Below, piece after piece: positions 1 through 12,231 of a DNA stretch of 64,000 bases. Under the pieces are notes generated by a model. It ran no database searches. It was not told the origin of the DNA and was given only the letters and a program-made list of their open reading frames with translations. Within the stretch, counting starts at the first letter, position 1. Every line of letters begins with the position of its first letter. Location of the stretch: NCBI RefSeq assembly GCF_001194135.2, contig NC_068985.1:47968262-48032261 (forward strand), written 5' to 3'. Made by a program: the position numbers and the translations under genes. The stretch is from Octopus bimaculoides (taxonomy: Eukaryota).

Positions 1-3000
1 ATGTGTGTGTGTGTGTGTGTGCGTGTGTGTACCTATATATGCGCACATAGATTATGTATGTAATGTATGAATATAGAAGAACAAGAGAGAAGACGAGTTG
101 GACAGAGGAGAGTGAGAGATATGGGGAAAATGAAGGAGGCGGAGAAACTAATCAAACGGATGGTTAAACTCGATCAGTTTAGACTGAAATAAATAGCCAA
201 ATGTATGTGGACATGTAGACTGAATTCCGTATCGCTACACAGTAACAATTAATCAAGTATAAAAGCTGTAGGATAAGAATTGCACTAAAGAGCTACATAT
301 ATTCGGAGAACTCAGTTGAAATAATAATTAGTTATTCTGTTATTAAGGGTTTAATTAGCTGTACAGCAAATCCTGTGCAACAGAGTGAGAAACGAAGACA
401 AATTTTTGATATAATTTACTGAAACTCTCGTGTAACAATAATAATAATAAAAAAAGCTGCGAAATTGCTTCGTAAACGTAAATGAAGTTTTACTAATATT
501 TATATATACGGAGGTACATTCACTCGCACAAACATTTGCATAAAACAGAAGCGCGCGAACTCATACAACGACGAAAATGACATTAAAAAATGATACAAAA
601 CGAATGCAAATTTTTGATTAGTTATGAATAGTTTCATGCTTAGAGAGGAATTGAGATTATAAAAGTTCTTTCGACGGTTCGAGCCTACGTACATTTTATG
701 GAAATATATTAGAAGACAGAAATTTCACAGAGAATAGAGAATTATCCATATATATATATGTATATACTTAAATATATACATATGTGTGTTCATACACACA
801 CACAGACACACGCATATATATATATGTATATATANNNNNNNNNNATATAAGTACATACAGGTGCGGTGATGTTTGAAGACAAATAATTACCAATTAATTA
901 CACACACAAGCATACACACACACACGCTTACACACACTTACGCGAGACAAAAGAGGTAGATACCAATATCGTTGGAAATAAAGGGCTGTATTTATTAAAG
1001 GATACAGATGTGGATACTTACTTTCGATGATCGTCTCACTTCTGCAGTTGTTGCAAGATGGGTGTGCATGCCCCCATTGATTACGAAAAGGCGATTGTAT
1101 ATGTATGTATGTGTGTATGTATGTACGTATGCATGTATGTATGTATGTATGTATGTATGTATGTATGTATGTATATGTCAGATTGTAGAGGTGAGAAGAT
1201 AAAAAGTAATATTTGCGAGAGGTTCATTGCGCAAGAATCTTTCTTCCAGTATTTCAATGATTATCCGTTATATTAGTTTAGAGCCAGAGCTACATACTGT
1301 TATATATAACTGCTCCTTAGTTGAAATTTGATGTATATAATGCATTAACAGAGATCTATTAACAGCATCATTGAGATAAAATAAAAATGTTATTTCTTTG
1401 CGTGTTAGTACTTTTGATTTCAACTCTGATCCCATTTGATATTACTTACGTCCATATTTGGTTGGCCAAATAAAGAACCAATTAAGTAATGAGGTTGATT
1501 TTCGTGGGAGTCGTCCAGAAAATAGTAATGCAATAGTGTTTATAACAAGCTTTATGCCTATGTTGCAATGCATTATGTATTTTTACAATGAAGTATTTAT
1601 TGTTAACCGGAACAGATACTCAGTGAAAGAACACAATATGCAAAAAGTTTTTGATGGGTTGTAATGCATTTTAAGAGACAGTAATAAAGTTTCTTTTTTA
1701 TATTTTCTTTTTCTACACTTCTTCAGAAGAGATGGGAAAAAAAGAAAGTTGACCGTTTTGAGAAAGATCTATGAAGAAGCATAATGAGTCAGTGATATGT
1801 TGGTTCATAAGGAATGAGAAAATTAAAGACAAAGCTTCCGATGTAGATGAATTTTCAATTTATTCTTCCAATGAAAATTAAATACGGCGGACAAAGTGAA
1901 TACATAATATTATATTTCATAACCAAATAATATGTAGTTAGTGTTTAGTAAAACACAGTAATAAGAACGAAATGAGAAATGAATTTGAACTTGCAGAGAG
2001 TTGATCTTCAAAACGAAGAAAACATAATATGAAAGCAAACGTATAAATATTGTGAGAGTCTAAGTGCAATAAAACTCGAGTGATAGGGTAACGATACAAA
2101 TTAAATTCCTATACATGAGTGGAAAAGCACCGACTTACTTTAGTAGTGGCACGAAGACTAATTAGTTTGAAGATCAATAAGATGTCAGTAATACAGTAAG
2201 CTACCTGATTCAAAATTCTTTAAGGCAACAGACACTAATGGCTTGCTTACATCACTAATATGCCAATGCTTAGCAGGCCAGGTATTGCGGTCGACAACAG
2301 TGAACTTTCCGATCAGCTTCTAATCGTTTCCATCCGTTGAGATATAATCGGAAATAACTAGTCTCCGAAGTGAAATACATACCCAAAGTGTCAACCTTTC
2401 ATTCCTTACAATCATATTCTCCTCATACACTTCTATAGGTGCAGAAGTGGCATACAGGAAAGAAGCTTGCTGTGCATCTCAGTGGTCTTCGTTTTTAACC
2501 CATTGCACGGCCTGCCAAAAGATTGTAATTGGAATCTTGTACAAAAAACTGTTCTTAGGAACCATTCTTATTCTTGAGTAGTGGATATAAGCCATCACAT
2601 ATCATGGTATTGTTACATAGTCTTCATGAGCTTTAGTAGAATTCACGCTGTTGTATGCAACAGGCACAGGTCTCCCCTCTAGAGGTGTCTCTCTTTCGTC
2701 TTCTAACCAACTTCTTCAGTTCCGAGAAATGATGTGGCCACGCAAGCGCATGGACTTACCGGCAAACAACCTTATACATATAAAATGTGCCCTGCTCTTA
2801 ATCATGCGACGATTCCTGCTTGTATATATTTTCCAAAAGAAAATATAAATTTTAAAATATCAAAAAAAATATCAAATATTTCCACCCAGTGAATTTAGAT
2901 CCATTTTGCAATCGGTTAATCGATCAGTCAACCACTTAATCCATCAATAAATTATTGATGTAGATTAACAGATTCTCACGATTCATATCAGTGTTACAGG

Positions 3001-3039
3001 TTTCCGAGTGGATAAGATACACATAATTCTGGAAATGAT

Positions 3040-3274
3040 GAAGAAGAAGAAGAAGAAGAAGAAGAAGAAGAAGAAGAAGAAGAAGAAGAAGAAGAAGAAG
3101 AAAAAGAAGAAGAAGAAGAAGAAGAAGAGAAGAAGAAAAAGAAGAAGAAAAAGAAGAAGAAGAAAAAGAAGAAGAAGAAGAGAAGAAGAAAAAGAAGAAG
3201 AAGAAGAAGAAGAAGAAGAAGAAGAAGAAAAAGAAGAATAAGAAGTAGAAGAAGAAGAAGTAGAGAAAAAGAAG

Positions 3275-3306
<32 letters not shown>

Positions 3307-3481
3307 GAGAAGAAGAAAAAGAAGAAGAAGGAGAAGAAGAGAAGAAGAAAAAGAAGAAGAAGAAGAAGAATAAGAAGAGAAGAAGAAGAAGAAGAAAAAG
3401 AAGAAGAAGAAGAAGAAGAAGAAGAAGAAGAAGAAGAAGAAAAAGAAAAAGAAGAAGAAAAAGAAGAAGAAGAAAAAGAAG

Positions 3482-3513
<32 letters not shown>

Positions 3514-3672
3514 GAGAAGAAGAAAAAGAAGAAGAGAAGAAGAAGAAGAAGAAGAAGAAGAAGAAGGAGAAGAAGAAAAAGAAGAAGAAGAAGAAGTAGA
3601 AGAAAAATAAGAAGAAGAAGAAGAAGAAGAAGAGAAGAAGAAGAAGAAGAAGAAGAAAAAGAAGAAGAAGAG
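3040..3672. repeat. Long interrupted (GAA)n polypurine/polypyrimidine tract
   Basis: ~630 bp of GAA with AAA, GAG, TAA and GTA interruptions. It explains the poly-L/F/S and poly-K/E/R ORFs at 2936-3752. Confidence 0.98.
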
Positions 3673-3793
3673 GTGTTCGTCCACCTAGGTAAGTACCTTC
3701 CATTATTTACTTCAGTACCGTGCCTTCTGAGTTCAGTAAATCTCAGTGTCAACTATGCCTTTTATCGCGCCAGGTGGGACAGATAACAGTCTG

Positions 3794-3840
3794 GGCGAGA
3801 AAAGGACAGTAAAGGCGAGAAAAGGAAAGTAAAGGCGAGA
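3794..3840. repeat. 20-bp tandem repeat (x2.3)
   Basis: ggcgagaaaaggacagtaaa / ggcgagaaaaggaaagtaaa / ggcgaga. Confidence 0.9.
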
Positions 3841-4804
3841 GCATGAAACCTAATTCCATGTGGTGTGGCACATATTTTGTCATATTTGGGTGGAAATGTA
3901 ATCAATCACTTGTCAGTTGGTGAGGATTCAGAAGATGCAAGAATGCGGGTCAGGTCTTCGGTGTAGAGATGCGGGTTTTCTTGTCTCTTACAAACCTCGG
4001 AATCCCTTCCCTTTTGACAAAGACAGAGAAGGAAATTATAGTGATTATACAGCAGAACAATAATATAAACAGTAACATGAATTTTAAAAAGAACTAGTGT
4101 TAAAAACAGGAAGTTATGTAACATGTCCAAGACATAGGAGACGGAAATGCTTAAGAATGGGAAAATTTTGTAACACATGAACAAAAAGTTGAAGTAATTT
4201 CCTAAAACCGAAGAAAAAGGAAAAATATAATACTTAAAAAAAAAATATGTATGAAGAAACGAAAAGAAAATACGAGATACAAACAAACGAAGAAAAAAAT
4301 TCATAGCCACCATCGCAGATTATGTAAGAGGGTTTAAAAAGTACGATGTTTCAAAAAAAATTAAAACCTCTGTTTTTAGACATGTCTGTGAATTCATTTA
4401 GCTTCAGAATGGATTGCACAACCGTTAAATTTAATACATGCGATAGTTTTTCAGCAAAGTTAAAAAGCATGTCTTCGGTTACGGCAATTTCCAAATGTTT
4501 CAGTTTACCATCTGTCCGATATTCCGTATTTCCATTTTTTCCGTGACTTCATGTTTTCCTTTGTCTTTTTGTATTTCACTATTGGTGGTATACTTTTCTA
4601 TACTCTTCTTCATTTCGTTATCTTTTTTTTAACCTCTTGTACTTTATACATATATATGTTTGTGCGTGTGTGTATGTATGTGTGTGTCTGTGTGTGAGTG
4701 CATGTGTGTGTTTGTGTATACATAAATATGCATATATATGTATATATGTGTGTATATGTATATGCATGCAAGCATATACATGTATATATTATATATGTAT
4801 AAGC

Positions 4805-4918
<114 letters not shown>

Positions 4919-5045
4919 TATATTTAATAACCCGATGTATACAGAATATTCGATACGTAAAAAGCACATGCGTAATATATATATAATATACATATATAAA
5001 ACTTATATGACGGTAAAACATATTATAATCCTTATTAATATTTAT

Positions 5046-5252
5046 CTGGTAGAACGACTCCGGGCGAATTGCTTAGCGGTATTTCGCCCGCCGTAACATT
5101 CAACCGATGTCAGCTTTGCCTTTCGTCCTTTCGGGGTCGATGAAAAAGTATAAGTTAAGCACTGGGGTCGATATAATCGACTGGCCCCCTATCCCCAAAA
5201 TGTTCAAGACCTTGTGCCCAGAGAAGAAATAACTATAATTATCATTATTATT
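5046..5252 (+). mobile_element. SINE family A, copy 1 of a tandem trio
   Basis: Shares ctggtagaa..gcttagcggtatttcg..tttgcctttc.tcctttcggggtcgat..ctggggtcgat with 5256, 34305, 42262 and 49628. Ends in an ATT-rich tail. Confidence 0.8.
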
Positions 5253-5255
5253 AAT

Positions 5256-5430
5256 CTGGTAGAATCGTTAGCACACAGGGCGAAATTCTTAGCGGTGTTT
5301 CGCCTGCCGCTTCATCCTTTCACAGTCGATAAATTTAGTACTAGTCGAGTACTGGGGTCGATGTAATCGTCTATCCCCCTCCTCACAAATATTAGGCCAT
5401 GTACCTATAGTAGAAAGGATTATTATTATT
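5256..5430 (+). mobile_element. SINE family A, copy 2 (internally deleted)
   Basis: Same motifs as copy 1, with an (ATT)n tail. Confidence 0.8.
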
Positions 5431-5434
5431 AATC

Positions 5435-5513
5435 ATTAGCGGTATTTTGCCCGCCGCTACATTCTGATTTCAAATTCCACCGAGGTCAACTTTGCCTTTC
5501 ATCCTTTTGGGGT
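5435..5513 (+). mobile_element. SINE family A, copy 3 (partial)
   Basis: ttagcggtattttgcccgccgctacattctgatttcaaattccaccgaggtcaactttgcctttcatccttttggggt. Confidence 0.75.
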
Positions 5514-8310
5514 ACATTTATGTCGATTGGGACAGTCATATCAATGAGGTAGCATGATTTTTGTCTGAAATCTTTCAACATGACGTCTGTCCTATTCGTA
5601 TCTTTCTGTCAGTGGTGGTGCATTCTATAAATTGTCAACGATTTTCGCATTTTTCTGTCAAGATTGCATATTTCATTAAGTGACCAGTTAATGATATTGA
5701 AAATCACGATCGGTATGGCTAAAGTATTGATCGCTTCGACCCTGTTCCTTGCATTCAGCTTTGTCTCGAATATTTCCCTTAGCCTGCGATAACATTCTCT
5801 TCAGATCCTTTCCCATATCACTGAATTTTATATTCCGTCCCCTTCAAATACCCATAGGTATTTGTAGATCTCTGCTGACATTCCTTTGCGCTCCTTTATG
5901 CTCTTTTATGACATTCTGCTGGTCAAGATTAACATTGGAAGTTTCTGTCACTTTGTCTTTGATAAACGTAGCTTTTGCACATTTATCGAGGCCAGATTGC
6001 ATCCTGATGTCAACACTGAATTATTTAACAATCGCTAGTAAGCCCTGGAGTTGTTGGTTATTGGTTATTTTTTTACAAAGAACTTTAAATCATTCATGTA
6101 AATGAGATGATTTATATTTTTATCAAACATTTTATAAATGTATTGTACATCATTGAGAAATTTCAAGAGCGGTATTAAGGCTAGACAAAAGAAGAGAGGT
6201 GATAGAGAGTCACCCTGGAAAATGCCACATGAAATTCTTACATCTCCAGTATTAAGAGATTCATTGTCACTGTTCAAAAATCAGTCTAGTTCTCTATGAT
6301 CTCTTACTTACAGAAAAGAAGTTTCGCAGATTACGTTATATATAATACATTTCGAGACATCTCTTAATCCAACTGTGTGGTAGGCAATCAAAAGTTTTTT
6401 TATAGTCTATCCAGGCTATCGACATATTTTTGTGTCGTTTGTGACAATCTTCCAAGATCATCTTATTGATGAGTAACCGATCTTTACAACCATAGGACCC
6501 ACGTTTACATCCTTTCTGTTCATTTGGGAATATGCCACATTCTATTTAAAAAAACTATAGGTATATTCAGTCAAGTCAGATGTTGGCTTTGTTGTTAAGC
6601 TGGTTATGGATCTATAATTCTTTGGTTCATTTGCTTCTTCATGTTTTAGAAGTATGAATTAACTAGCCAAGAGCGAATCATAGTAGGTTGTTGCAAAACA
6701 TGGTTGTTAAGTTTTGTTAGCAGTTCATGGCTCTCTGGGAAGGCATTCAACCAGAAGTTAGGAATGTTATCCTTTCCTGGAGACTTCCATTTGCTTGACT
6801 TTCTAAGAGCAGATCTTACATCCGCTACCTTGATACCCTCCTGCTTATGAGTCTAAGTCTGGAGATATTCTATCAAGCCAAAAGAACCTTTTCATTGTGT
6901 ATTCTTTCTTCTGCTCAGATTTTATTCCAAAATTCCTGTACTTCTTCTTTTGATGGGACAGACTTTGCTTATCTTCCTGTAAAACCTTTTGGGGTTATCT
7001 TTGAACATGTTGTTGTCCTTGAAGAGTCTAACGCGCTTTTCATACCTTGCCAAGCGGGCACCCTTAGCACATACCTTTTGCTTGATGGTTTCTATGGTGG
7101 TATCGATGTCATGTTTGGTTTTCATATCATATTTTTTCTTTAATCTTCGGCTTTTTGTTAGTTTATTTTTAAAAATATTCTATGTCAGACCTAAGTTGCT
7201 GAATTTGGTGTTGAATACGCACTTGCCGAGTAGGCACATTGTGGGAATGTTGTAGTTTTCTTATCTTTTCACTGCATAGAATCATTGAAACTTTCGTGGA
7301 TGCACAGTACAGGTGGTTGAGATCTCTAATATAAACATCATTAGCTGAAATTATATGCTTAAGTGCCAGGCGGATTTTACCAATTATTTTCAGGTTTTGG
7401 TTAGAATTACGAATTTTTGGGAGATTGTCGTGTTCATTCACATTAGTGTCTTTAATTTTCAGCTATTCAGTAATGATTTGATTTTTTTAGATCATGCAGT
7501 TCTGTTGGGTTAATTTCTGTGTGACTTTCTGCATCTATTTGATTTTCATCTGCCTTTGTGTTTATGGTTGGTTCAGAGAGTATTTCACTTTGTTTATCAG
7601 TTAGACTGACTCTTTAAATCATTATTACATTTTTACCAGCTTTGGGCTGGTCTATAATTATTTCCTCTGTAGTATTTTCTTTAGCTGCAACTTCGTTCAT
7701 TTTATCCCTTACTGATTGTTTAATTTGGTTAATCTCTAATTCAGATAGTAACTTCTTTTTCATAAAGTTTCTTCTGACGTTGGCAAGTTTGTTACTGTCT
7801 ATGTAGGGTCTTACTTAAAGGTATTTCTGTCTCCAGTTTAAGTAGGCTTCTACAGTATTAGATTTATTTGTGGTGAAATATATAACATGATAGAAAGCTG
7901 CATGAACTGCTTTATTATCTCCCCTAGATCATTCTTCATTCTTTTTGTTTTGGTTATTTGATAATGATCATGGATGGCCATCTGTTGGAATATTCCGGTT
8001 GTTTGGTACTTCCAGCTCCTGTGTTTCGGGAAAATTTGAACCAGTAGCTGATTTTTTGCCTCGAATCTGGTTCAACATTCGATTACGCGATCCTTGGTGT
8101 TCCGGTTGATGACTGATTCGGTTTGTATTTTGCTTTGTATTCACTGAGGCATGACGAGCTTGCACGTTGTTATTAGGGGACGGATATGTCTGTTTAGGGT
8201 TAATTTTTTGAGACAACACCGCCTCCAAGTTCTCTTCATGTAAACATTGCTAGTAACGAGGCTTCTTAAGCCTAACGGATCTGTGTTTTTTTATAGATTT
8301 ATCTCTGGGC
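5514..8310 (-). mobile_element. Near full-length decayed R4/Dong-clade non-LTR retrotransposon (RT + REL endonuclease), internally deleted and 3' truncated
   Basis: Minus-strand motifs across frameshifts: ETIKQKVCAKGARLARYEKRVRLFKDNNMFKDNPKRFYR; [34 protein letters not shown]; GIFQGDSLSPLFFCLALIPL; HLIYMND; YKYL; KLNARNRVEAINTLAIP; LDRKMRKSLTIYRMHH joined directly to TDRKI..CYLIDMTVPIDIN. Confidence 0.93.
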
Positions 8311-8820
8311 ATAGTTATTTGTCATGTTTTTTAAACTTATGAATCGTTCGCTCTGTCTGTGTTAGTTCGGAAAATATAAAATTGTTTTGCTTTGTTTTTT
8401 TTTTGTATTTGCTTCGTTTGTGACACGTGTTCTCATATGCGTGTATGTGTGTCCTGTATATTTCACGTAGTTGTGTAAATATTGTGTAATACCTATTGTT
8501 ATTGAAATGTATATATGATTGTATAAACATTCGAGTGCATGCGTAATTACTCAATTGATATACTTAATGTTTTGTTCCATTTACATTTTATAATTTGTAA
8601 ACTTTCCGGTGTTGATTTCGCGTGTGTTTCCCACGTGTTTCACTGAGACATCGTGCATACGAGAAGCTGTGCCTTGTATGGCAGTAAGATTCCGTTAAAA
8701 GACTGATTCCTTCAAGTCTTCAACAGGTTCCTTTAACCCATTCGACCGATGTTATTAGATAAGATTTGTTTTTGCATGGAGTGCCCGATGTATCACATCC
8801 GTGTTGCTATTCAGCGCGGA

Positions 8821-8986
<166 letters not shown>

Positions 8987-10605
8987 GTAAGATTTCACAG
9001 CTATGGCATTACTCCTTCATAGTCAACAATGTGCTTTAGGGCCCACCGGCGTATATTGCTAGGAAAAGAAAATTCCTTCGATCCCAGCAAGAATCACAGA
9101 GCTTGATTATGTTATTAAGTATGCAATACTAAATACATGGAATTAATTATGTATACAGCCCCAAGGTCCATGTAAAATATAATTATTCAATGAAAACCAA
9201 GACTGAATGAGACACCTAGAAATTGCAGACATACAGGTGCCGATGTGCAATGCCATTTGTATGTGTGATGTGAATCAAAGTCTAATTACACCGCTATGCA
9301 GCGGGGGGTCTTGTCTTTGATGGGAATCAAGAAATCGAAAGTAAATTAAACGCTTTCAAGAGGCAAACAACGGCATTATGGTAATCTCTCCTCTCTTTTA
9401 TCATATATCTCGGTTATATATCATATAAATGATGGAGGTTTATAATGCAAGAATCGGCATCAATGAAGTAATATAAGGCCTTTACTAGAACCATTTTAAT
9501 AACAACTTTTACTACACCACAGAGCAAAATTTTCTGTGTTTACGAATGCAGTCCCTACTTAGAAGATATATATATGTGTGTGGGGGGGGGGGAGTGTGTG
9601 CGTGTGTGTGTGTGTGCATGTAAATGTATGTCTCTGTGTGTACCTGTGTGTGTGGTTTGGTGTGTATATACATATACATGTATTTGTTATTTGTTATATG
9701 TTATGTGATTTGGATTATATTGTGTAATGAAAATACTCTAAATAATATGTGCATATGTCTAAAACTATTTTCTGCTTACTGTAATTATTTGTATGTCAAA
9801 CGGTTTCGCTTATTTAATTTTCTACATCTTTTAAAATCATTCTCAAAGCATTTATTTTTCGATGTGGCTTTGTTGTTATGAAATGTCTCATTCTGCATAT
9901 CTCTTTTTCAGCCTCCTTATATTTCGATAATTCTCTATTTGGTTTAGTGAGACATTATCATCTGTTATGACTGATGACTTCTGTACGAGGCAGGTCATTA
10001 TCTGAGGGTCCTCTTTTACAATAATATTCTGTAGATTACAGTTTAACTCTCGCTATGTCTGACATAGAGTAATCTAGAACACATTTACTTTATCTTTCCC
10101 TGAGACTTCTTCGGGTATATACTTATAGTAGACCAACTCTATCCGTATTACATAAGCGTGACACAATTTTCAATGTATGAAAGCTTCAAAATTGTCATGT
10201 CTGTAGCTGTATTCTCATTTCTCTGAGTTTAGACAATATGAGATAACACGGTTAATTGCCTTTTCTTAATATCCTTAAGATATGAAGTAACTTAACATAT
10301 TCTGTTTCATCACATGCTTTTGGTAGGACTTTTGTATGTGGGAAGACTTTGATCATATTCCCTAGGCAAAAGTCATTTCAGTCGTAATGTGATTGGTCTG
10401 CTCAGTCACTCTTGAAATATTTCTTTATGTATATTTCAACCGTATTAATTTTTTCCTCAAAATATTTGCCGTATCGGTGATTTGCTTGTCATTACTATGT
10501 ACTCATATTTTGTAATCTAATATTGCGCTTATTGTTGAACTTTTTCAAAATATCTGCTGTTGCATCACCGTTCTCTTCCTATCTATCTATTAGCCTAGCA
10601 GGGAA

Positions 10606-10912
10606 GGTGCGTGGCTTAGTGATTAAGATATTCGGTTCACGATCATAATGTCGTGAGTTCAATTCCCGACGACCCGTTGTGTCTTTTAGGAATACACTTT
10701 ATTTCGCGCTGCTCTAGTCCACTCAGCTGTCAGAAATGAGTAGTACCTGTATTTCAAAGGGCCAGTCTTGTCACACTTTGTGAATCTCTGTGAAAACTAC
10801 GTTAGGGGTACACGTGTCTGTGGAGTACTCAGCCATTTTGCACGTTAATTTCACGAGCAGGCTGTTCCGTCGATCAACTGGAACACTCATCGTTGTAACC
10901 GACGGAGTGCCG
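10606..10912 (+). mobile_element. tRNA-derived SINE family B
   Basis: Pol III A-box-like TGGCTTAGTGAT and B-box-like GAGTTCAATTC. The core gtccactcagctg is shared, inverted, with 52668-52940. Confidence 0.85.
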
Positions 10913-11565
10913 GTTATTAGTTTAGCCTATTTTACTCATGTTCGCTTCAAATGTATTTTTATCAGTTATTCTTTCCTAGAAATATATTGGCTTTCATTTT
11001 ACGTAACATAACCTAAAATCCATGTGCGAACCAAGGTTTAATTTCAACAGTCTTTCGCTCAATTGTTTTCAACAGTGAATGGTGAATAAATGTCAATAAT
11101 TTACATTGCATTCGTTTTCTTTGGAGATAATCAGGTTGTCTCCAACGGGAAATTGTTTCATCGTACAACAGCAATAACTGAATCATATACTTTACTGGTG
11201 AGTCAGCTACAAATTTGTAAGGAACAATAATTTAAAAAACAAACAATAACTAATTTTGTAAATCAAAATAATAAACTTTGTACTTTTAATTTTGGCATCA
11301 GACTGTTTCGCACATTATGACAAGAAGTAAAGAAGTAAAAAAGATGCAGAGTATTGTTAAGTTTACAAGACTTGACTAACATTAAAAGAAAATCTGCAGG
11401 AAATTAAATTATTTGATATGTTTCTTCTTTGAAATAGGTTATTTCATTAAGTCAATTTTCCCTTAATGTGTCGTAAAATATTTAATTAAATATATACATA
11501 CATTAATCTATATATACGTGTGTGTGAGAGTGTGCGTGTCTGTCTGTGTATATGTGCGAGCGTGC

Positions 11566-11608
<43 letters not shown>

Positions 11609-11903
11609 TGATACACAAACACATGTACATATCAGATACACATCGATATGCTTACAGCATGTTCTGCTCGTTCAATTTTTAATAGAGAAATTAACAAATG
11701 ACTTTGTTGTTGTTGTGTAGCTCTAATCAACTTTGATTGATATTTCCCATAATCAAAGGAATTGTATCTGCTGTAAGCATCGACTATATATAAAAATAAA
11801 ATGATACATATTTTTTAAGACGGTGGGGCGTCATTTCATCGAACTTGGTTGCCATATGCATCAGCTCTAATGATCATGTTCAGCAGCTCGCTCTTTGAAG
11901 GAC

Positions 11904-11974
11904 GCAATGTTATAGCACAATTTCAGACAAGATCATTCATCTCGATGTTGTCTGCAATTGTGCTATAACATTGC
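11904..11974. other. 31-bp stem hairpin (2 mismatches, 9-nt loop)
   Basis: gcaatgttatagcacaatttcagacaagatc / attcatctc / gatgttgtctgcaattgtgctataacattgc. Confidence 0.9.
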
Positions 11975-12231
11975 TCCAATTACAGTACGTCTTTAAAATA
12001 GTAATTTATAGGTTTATTTTATACTCTCCCTAATATAGGAGATCTCTTATGTCAGCGATAATTCCTACTCTACTGGGGTTCATGCGTAGATCTATATATT
12101 TGTGTATTTATATATGCATATATATGTATGCATGTATCTGTCTATTTATTTACCTGTCTATCAATCTATCCATCTGTCTGTCTGTCTTTCTGTCTCTCTC
12201 TCTTTCTATCTCTACCTACACCTACATATAT

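Noticed and set aside
1445-1580. Minus-strand GTAAGT donor preceded by MHCNIGIKLVINTIALLFSG..
   Set aside because: Short and without homology; consistent with chance. The same applies to 24870-24990.
2936-3752. Long ORFs of 233-255 aa (poly-L/F/S) and a poly-K/R/E ORF
   Set aside because: They are translations of the (GAA)n tract, which lacks stops in most frames.
5046-5513. Repeat-spacer-like periodicity suggesting a CRISPR array
   Set aside because: The units are ~200-bp diverged SINE copies in eukaryotic DNA. There are no short identical repeats with unique spacers and no cas genes.
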